Positions 55,891 to 61,609 of a stretch of DNA of 64,000 nucleotides are shown piece by piece. The notes below the pieces were generated by a model. That model was given only the letters and a program-made list of their open reading frames with translations, did not search any database and was not told the DNA's origin. Source of the DNA: an uncultured Bacteroidales bacterium (GTDB lineage Bacteria; Bacteroidota; Bacteroidia; Bacteroidales; UBA10428). The DNA lies in contig CAYTNC010000001.1 in NCBI GenBank assembly GCA_964438935.1, positions 17,975 to 81,974 on the forward strand, read 5' to 3'. The position numbers and the translations under genes are program-made. How positions within the stretch are numbered: position 1 is the stretch's first letter; each line of letters opens with the position of its first letter.

Positions 55891-57237
55891 ATGAAACTTT
55901 GGGACAAAAATATTCAAACTGATCGGTTGATTGAGCAATTCACCATCGGAAAAGATCGTGAACTCGACCTGTTGCTGGCCCGGTATGACATACTCGGATC
56001 GCTGGCTCACATTACCATGCTCGAAAGCATTGGCCTGATCGGTAAAGACGAGCTTCAGGTGCTTATCAAAGAACTGTTGGCCATTTACCACGATGCAGTG
56101 CAGGGCTCCTTTGTTATTGAAGACGGGGTGGAGGATGTTCATTCCCAGGTGGAGCTCATGCTTACACGCCGCATCGGCGATACCGGGAAAAAGATTCATG
56201 CCGCACGCTCCCGCAACGACCAGGTGTTGCTTGACATCAAGCTTTTTATCCGCGACGAAATTCAACAGGTTGTCGGAGAGGTTAATACCCTTTTCAAACT
56301 GCTTCTTTCTCAAAGTGATCAATACCGGCATATACTTATTCCCGGGTACACACACCTGCAAGTGGCTATGCCTTCCTCTTTCGGACTCTGGTTTGGCGCC
56401 TATGCCGAGAATCTGGTTGATGATATGCTCATGATGCAGGCTGCTTACCGGATTAGCGACCAGAATCCCTTAGGTTCGGCAGCCGGATACGGATCCTCAT
56501 TTCCCATTAACCGAAAAATGACTACCGAATTACTGGGTTTTGGCAACCTGAATTATAATGTAATCAATGCGCAAATGAGCCGTGGCAAAACGGAACGGGT
56601 ATGCTCCTTCGCCCTGGCCTCGTTGGCCGGAACACTTTCTAAAATGGCCGGTGATATTTGCCTGTTTGCAAGTCAGAATTTTGGCTTTCTCAAACTTCCC
56701 GATGAGCTGACCACCGGCTCGAGCATCATGCCGCACAAGAAGAATCCGGATGTATTTGAGCTGATCAGGGCCAAATGCAATAAAATACAAGCGCTTCCCG
56801 GAGAAATTGACCACATTTGGAACAACCTGCCTTCGGGTTACTTCAGGGATATGCAAATCATTAAGGAATCCTTTCTTCCAATTTTCTCAGAGATGCATTC
56901 CTGCGTTGACATGGCATGCTATGCTGTTGCCAGGATCACACCCGTTGAAGATGTACTCAATGACAGCCGCTATCAGCATGTTTTTTCGGTTGAGGCAGTC
57001 AATAAACTGGTAATGAACGGAATTCCATTCAGGGAAGCCTACCGCAAAATTGCCATGCAAATTCAGGAGGGCAGCTACCAGCCTGACAAGGAAGTGGTTC
57101 ATTCACACGAAGGAAGTTTGGGCAATTTGTGTAACACCGAAATTGCCACTAAAATGGAACAGGTTCTGAGCCAATTTCACTTTGAAAAGAAGGACAAGGC
57201 TTACCATGATCTTTTAAACAGAAAAGATGGGAAATAA
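55891..57237 (+). CDS. argH: argininosuccinate lyase
   Basis: Fumarate-lyase signature GSSIMPHKKNPD, plus RSRNDQV and PGYTHLQVA. 448 aa. Confidence 0.95.
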   Translation: MKLWDKNIQTDRLIEQFTIGKDRELDLLLARYDILGSLAHITMLESIGLIGKDELQVLIKELLAIYHDAVQGSFVIEDGVEDVHSQVELMLTRRIGDTGKKIHAARSRNDQVLLDIKLFIRDEIQQVVGEVNTLFKLLLSQSDQYRHILIPGYTHLQVAMPSSFGLWFGAYAENLVDDMLMMQAAYRISDQNPLGSAAGYGSSFPINRKMTTELLGFGNLNYNVINAQMSRGKTERVCSFALASLAGTLSKMAGDICLFASQNFGFLKLPDELTTGSSIMPHKKNPDVFELIRAKCNKIQALPGEIDHIWNNLPSGYFRDMQIIKESFLPIFSEMHSCVDMACYAVARITPVEDVLNDSRYQHVFSVEAVNKLVMNGIPFREAYRKIAMQIQEGSYQPDKEVVHSHEGSLGNLCNTEIATKMEQVLSQFHFEKKDKAYHDLLNRKDGK

Positions 57238-57910
57238 GAAAACCATAGTCGTTCGGGTGGAAATATCCACTTTGCTGGGTCCTAACGGTAAAATCAGTCC
57301 CAAAAAGATGGATCGCCTGGCCATGGTAATAACCAATTTGCACAACAGCGGAAAACACGTACTTGTTGTTTCTTCCGGAGCCATAGTACTGGGCGCCGAA
57401 AAGCTGAAACTGCATAACCTGCCCGACAACCTGGTTGATCTTCAGGCTACGGCCGCTGTGGGTCAGGCCGAACTGATCCGGTGTTACCAAAGATACTTCG
57501 ACGACTATAACCAGATTATCGCCCAGGTACTGCTTACCAGCGATATCATCGAATACCCGCAGCGTGTTGAAAATACCCGCAACACCTTCAATACGTTGCT
57601 GGATATGAGCATAATTCCCATTATTAACGAGAACGACCCGGTATCCACATCCGATATAGAATTTGACGACAATTACCCACTTGCGCGAATTGTTGCCGGC
57701 ATTGCCCAGGCTGAATTCATTGTAATCAAAATGGACCTCAACGGAAAGTATCTGATTGTTCCCGCTGGCAATTTTACGGCCCAGGTGGTGGATGGGGAAA
57801 CAGAGCTTCAGGGAAAAATTGATTCCTTCTGTGAGCTTTCCACAACTTGTGAAACTACCGGAAATCTGAATTTTCCGGCTTCTATTGGGGATATTGTTTT
57901 TAACAATTAA
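57227..57910 (+). CDS. glutamate 5-kinase-like protein, catalytically degenerate paralogue of ProB
   Basis: 227 aa. It aligns by eye with the adjacent ProB over about 170 aa, with long identical strings VSSGAI, AAVGQAEL, YNQI.AQVLLT and IIPIINEND. The N-terminal K-x-G-T-S-S loop is replaced (VVRVEISTL against VVKIGTSSL), FGDNDTLSA becomes FDDNYPLAR, and the C-terminal nucleotide lobe (SDIDGLY ... STGGMITK) is absent. The start overlaps the argH stop by 11 nt. Confidence 0.6.
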   Translation: MGNKKTIVVRVEISTLLGPNGKISPKKMDRLAMVITNLHNSGKHVLVVSSGAIVLGAEKLKLHNLPDNLVDLQATAAVGQAELIRCYQRYFDDYNQIIAQVLLTSDIIEYPQRVENTRNTFNTLLDMSIIPIINENDPVSTSDIEFDDNYPLARIVAGIAQAEFIVIKMDLNGKYLIVPAGNFTAQVVDGETELQGKIDSFCELSTTCETTGNLNFPASIGDIVFNN

Positions 57911-57928
57911 ACGGACAAACACGTTATC

Positions 57929-58747
57929 ATGAATTACAGGGAGGTACTGAAATACAAACGCAGGATTGTGGTTAAGATTGGCACGTCATCGCTATCATAT
58001 GCCAACGGTCGGATGAATTTTCACAGCATCGCGAAACTGGCGTACGTGTTGAGCGCAATTCGCAGACAGGGAACCCAGGTTATCCTGGTTTCATCCGGCG
58101 CCATTGGAGTGGGGGCAGGTAGGCTGGGATTGACCAAAAGACCTCAGGAGCTGGCCCGGAAACAGGCATTGGCTGCTGTTGGGCAGGCTGAACTGATGAA
58201 GATTTATCAGAAGTTTTTCGAAGAGTACAATCAGATTGTTGCGCAGGTGCTGCTTACCAAGGATGTGGTGGATATTCCCTCACGAAATCAGCATGCCGGA
58301 CGTACCTTAATCAATCTGCTCGAAAAGGATATCATTCCCATTATTAATGAAAATGATACCATTGCCACCAATGAAATAGAATTCGGTGATAACGACACGC
58401 TTTCTGCCATTGTAGCCTCACTGGTTGAAGCCGACCTGCTTGTCATGCTGTCGGATATTGACGGGCTGTATAATGCAGATCCCAGGTCGGATAAACACGC
58501 TGAAATGATTCATTCGGTTCTTGAAATAACCCCGGAATTGGAACAGCTTGCCTCCGGGGCCGGGTCTTCATTCAGCACAGGCGGCATGATCACCAAGATC
58601 TCTGCTGCCAAAATATGCCTGAAGCAGGGAATCGACTGCCTCATTACCAGTGGTTCTGATCCGGCCATCCTGTTTGACATACTCATAGGTAAGGAAGTGG
58701 GTACCCATTTTGTTGCACAAAAAGAAAATTCTACACATCATGCCTGA
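57929..58747 (+). CDS. proB: glutamate 5-kinase (no PUA domain)
   Basis: Amino-acid-kinase family motifs RIVVKIGTSSL, VSSGAIGVG, FGDNDTLSA, LSDIDGLY and STGGMITK. 272 aa. Confidence 0.9.
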   Translation: MNYREVLKYKRRIVVKIGTSSLSYANGRMNFHSIAKLAYVLSAIRRQGTQVILVSSGAIGVGAGRLGLTKRPQELARKQALAAVGQAELMKIYQKFFEEYNQIVAQVLLTKDVVDIPSRNQHAGRTLINLLEKDIIPIINENDTIATNEIEFGDNDTLSAIVASLVEADLLVMLSDIDGLYNADPRSDKHAEMIHSVLEITPELEQLASGAGSSFSTGGMITKISAAKICLKQGIDCLITSGSDPAILFDILIGKEVGTHFVAQKENSTHHA

Positions 58748-59999
58748 TTTGAAAGAGACATTAACAAATATGGCCGGTAAGGTGAAACTGGCCTCACGTG
58801 AACTTGCCAAAGCCAACACGGCTTTAAAAAACACGGCCCTGAATTGCATTGCCGAAGAAATCGATTCAAACAGACAGGCCATTATTGCAGAAAATAAGAA
58901 AGATATTTTAAGCGGCAAGGAAAAGGGATTGTCGGAGGCTTTCATTGACAGACTTACCCTGAGTGATAAGCGGATTGACGGCCTGATCGGCGTACTGCAT
59001 GAGGTGATCAACCTGAAAGATCCGGTGGGGGAAATATTCAATATGAACGCACTTCCAAACGGGTTAAAGGTAGGTCAGATCAGGGTGCCCATTGGTGTGA
59101 TCGCCATTATTTATGAATCACGACCCAATGTGTGTATTGAAGTTGCCGCCCTAACTATTAAATCCGGTAACGGCGTTATTCTGCGCGGCGGATCCGATGC
59201 CATTCATTCGAGCCTGATTCTTGCAAAGCTGATCAGAAGCGGATTGAAAAAAGCCGGCATTCCGGAAGATGTCGTGGCCATGATTGAAAATACAAACCGG
59301 GAATCAGTGCTTGAGCTGGTTAAACTAAAAGACTTCATAGATGTTATTATACCCAGAGGAGGCCTTCAACTGATCCGTCTGGTCGAGGAGAACTCCATCA
59401 TTCCTGTAATCCGTCACGACATGGGTATCTGTCATACCTATGTAGACGAAATGGCCAATCTGGATATGGCAAAAGAAATATGCTATAATGCCAAAGTTCA
59501 GCGTCCGGGTGTTTGCAATACCATGGAAACCCTTCTTGTTCATCACAAGGTGGCTGAAGAATTTTTGCCTTTAATGAAAAAGGCCTATGATCAGGCAGGT
59601 GTCCGACTGAAGGGTTGCACAAAAACCCGGAAGATACTCCCGGCAGCAGAAGAAGCCACAGAAGAAGATTGGCGTACCGAGTATCTGGATCTGATACTTT
59701 CTGTTAAGGTTGTGGAAAATCTGGACGAAGCCATTGACCACATTAATAATTACAGTTCGCACCATTCCGATGCCATTGTTACCGACAGCTATGAAAAAGG
59801 TATGCGCTTTATCAACGAAGTTGATTCGGCTGCCTGTTTCATCAATGCATCCACCCGTTTCAGCGATGGTAATGAATTCGGATTGGGCGGCGAAATGGGA
59901 ATCAGCAATCAGAAACTTCATGTAAGAGGACCTATGGGACTTAAAGACCTCATGGCTCCGAAATACATCATTTTTGGAAATGGCCAGGTGAGAACCTGA
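58740..59999 (+). CDS. proA: glutamate-5-semialdehyde dehydrogenase
   Basis: Aldehyde dehydrogenase fold with the catalytic Cys context QRPGVCNTMETLLVH, plus IYESRPNV and ILRGGS. I set the start at ATG 58740 (MPDLKETL...), which overlaps the proB stop by 8 nt (ATGCCTGA). The track start at 58710 is 10 codons further upstream. Confidence 0.9.
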   Translation: MPDLKETLTNMAGKVKLASRELAKANTALKNTALNCIAEEIDSNRQAIIAENKKDILSGKEKGLSEAFIDRLTLSDKRIDGLIGVLHEVINLKDPVGEIFNMNALPNGLKVGQIRVPIGVIAIIYESRPNVCIEVAALTIKSGNGVILRGGSDAIHSSLILAKLIRSGLKKAGIPEDVVAMIENTNRESVLELVKLKDFIDVIIPRGGLQLIRLVEENSIIPVIRHDMGICHTYVDEMANLDMAKEICYNAKVQRPGVCNTMETLLVHHKVAEEFLPLMKKAYDQAGVRLKGCTKTRKILPAAEEATEEDWRTEYLDLILSVKVVENLDEAIDHINNYSSHHSDAIVTDSYEKGMRFINEVDSAACFINASTRFSDGNEFGLGGEMGISNQKLHVRGPMGLKDLMAPKYIIFGNGQVRT

Positions 60000-60034
60000 C
60001 CTCAATGTATTATTAACCGTAAATCTAATTTACC

Positions 60035-61387
60035 ATGCAACCACTTAATGAATTCATGCAGAAGCTTGAGGAATTAACCGTCAATGCTTCACAAATCGAC
60101 AAGGATCTCTTTGAAACCTACAATGTCAAAAGAGGACTCAGGAACCAGGATGGTTCAGGCGTACTGGTAGGGCTTACCAACATCGGTGACGTAGTTGGAT
60201 ATGAAAAAAAGGAGAACCAGATTATTCCCTGTGATGGAAGGCTTTACTACAGGGGAATCAACGTGGAGGATCTGGTGCATGGATTTCAGAAGGACAAAAG
60301 GCATGGCTTTGATGAAACCGTTTACCTGTTACTCACAGGCCGGCTCCCGTCAAAGGATGATATGGACCTGTTCACTTCCTATTTGGCCGGTCACCGCGAT
60401 TTGCCAAATGCTTTTGTTAATCTCATCCTTTCGTTCCGGGGAAAGAATATCATGAACATGCTGACCCGGTCGGTACTGGTAATGTACACCCAAGACGATG
60501 AAGCAGAAAACTATTCACACATCAACCTGCTGAAGCAATCGTTGAACCTCATTGCTAAGTTTCCGGTAATTGCAGCCTATGTGTATTTCGGATTCCGCCA
60601 CACCTACCAGCGAAAATCACTGATATTCAGGCATCCGGATCCGTCACTAAGCACAGCAGAAAATTTTCTTTACATGCTCAAGGGTGAGAATTACAGCAGG
60701 CTGGAAGCCGATATTCTTGACCTGGCGCTTGTGCTTCATGCCGAGCACGGTGGTGGTAATAACTCCACCTTTGCCACCCGCGTAATCAGTTCTGCCGGAA
60801 CCGACACCTATTCGGCCATATCTGCCGGCCTGGGTTCACTGAAAGGATTCCTGCATGGCGGGGCCAATCTTCAGGTGGAGGAAATGATGAAAGACATCAA
60901 GAAAAATGTGAAGGACTGGAACAACAAACAGGAAGTTCTTGAATACCTGAAGAAAATCCTCAAGGGCGAAGCAGGTGACGGCTCAGGAAAGATATATGGA
61001 ATCGGACATGCCATTTATACGCTGTCAGACCCCCGGGCTGTGCTGTTGAAGGATAAGGCACGGGAGCTGGCCGGATCCAAAGGAAAAACCGATGAATACC
61101 TGCTTTATGAAGCCATTGAAGAACTCGCTCCCGAAGCGTTTGCAAGCTTTAAGGGAGGTAGTTCCAAGGTGATCAGTGCCAACGTCGACTTTTATTCCGG
61201 TTTTGTATACAAATGCATCGACATTCCCAAGGAACTGTTTACCCCTATTTTTGCCATTGCCCGTATGGCCGGCTGGTGTGCGCACCGCCTCGAAGAAGTG
61301 ACCTTTGCTTCCCGAAGGATCATCAGGCCGGCATATAAAAATATTTTTGGCAGGGTGGATTATGACCCTATGGAAGGAAGACAGTAA
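60035..61387 (+). CDS. gltA: citrate synthase
   Basis: Catalytic-site contexts LVLHAEHGGGNNSTF, GIGHAIYTLSDPRA and NVDFYSG. 450 aa. Confidence 0.85.
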   Translation: MQPLNEFMQKLEELTVNASQIDKDLFETYNVKRGLRNQDGSGVLVGLTNIGDVVGYEKKENQIIPCDGRLYYRGINVEDLVHGFQKDKRHGFDETVYLLLTGRLPSKDDMDLFTSYLAGHRDLPNAFVNLILSFRGKNIMNMLTRSVLVMYTQDDEAENYSHINLLKQSLNLIAKFPVIAAYVYFGFRHTYQRKSLIFRHPDPSLSTAENFLYMLKGENYSRLEADILDLALVLHAEHGGGNNSTFATRVISSAGTDTYSAISAGLGSLKGFLHGGANLQVEEMMKDIKKNVKDWNNKQEVLEYLKKILKGEAGDGSGKIYGIGHAIYTLSDPRAVLLKDKARELAGSKGKTDEYLLYEAIEELAPEAFASFKGGSSKVISANVDFYSGFVYKCIDIPKELFTPIFAIARMAGWCAHRLEEVTFASRRIIRPAYKNIFGRVDYDPMEGRQ

Positions 61388-61422
61388 TATTTGCAGATAG
61401 CCCTATAAAATATAGGGTATCT

Positions 61423-61453
61423 TTTGAAAAATAATAACTTTTATTTATATTTG
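61423..61453 (+). promoter_or_regulatory. Bacteroidota sigma-A-type promoter (-33 TTTG / -7 TAnnTTTG) for the gltB leader
   Basis: TTTG at 61423-61426, a 19-nt spacer, then TATATTTG at 61446-61453. This matches the published Bacteroides consensus TTTG-N19-21-TAnnTTTG. Confidence 0.5.
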
Positions 61454-61471
61454 CCTCGTAAAAAACAGCGT

Positions 61472-61522
61472 ATGAAAAATTTGATTAATAATTATAATCA
61501 TAATATACCTCAATCGTGTTGA
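61472..61522 (+). promoter_or_regulatory. candidate leader peptide ORF (MKNLINNYNHNIPQSC) upstream of gltB
   Basis: ATG 61472 to TGA 61520-61522, 16 codons, of which 5 are AAT (Asn) at codons 3, 6, 7, 9 and 11. The 3' end and stop codon are embedded in the first hairpin of a terminator/antiterminator set. Confidence 0.4.
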
Positions 61523-61548
61523 GGATGGTATTCTTGTTATTTTTTTTT

Positions 61549-61583
61549 AAAGGCCATTCTCAACAGCGGGAATGGCCTTTTTT
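61549..61583 (+). terminator. intrinsic terminator in the gltB 5' leader (candidate attenuator)
   Basis: AAAGGCCATTC (61549-61559) pairs with GAATGGCCTTT (61570-61580) across a 10-nt loop. The T tract runs to 61583, ending 26 nt before the gltB ATG. Confidence 0.7.
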
Positions 61584-61609
61584 CATTGAATAATTTAACA
61601 TGAACATAT

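Noticed and set aside
54727-56361. 174-aa and 176-aa minus-strand ORFs antisense to argG and argH. A similar 144-aa ORF (59571-60005) lies antisense to proA.
   Set aside because: The sense frames carry diagnostic ArgG, ArgH and ProA signatures, and there is no independent support for the antisense ORFs.
57149-57922. A 257-aa minus-strand ORF covering the whole proB-like gene.
   Set aside because: The plus-strand product aligns clearly with ProB. The antisense translation is G/N/V-rich with no motifs, so I treat it as a shadow ORF.
61401-61426. An AT-rich hairpin, CCCTATA-AAA-TATAGGG, followed by TATCTTTT, just after the citrate synthase stop. It is a possible gltA terminator.
   Set aside because: It has only a 7-bp, mostly A/T stem and an interrupted T tract, and its T-rich tail overlaps the putative -33 element. 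It is too weak to call as a feature, though it is relevant to whether the gltB leader has its own promoter.
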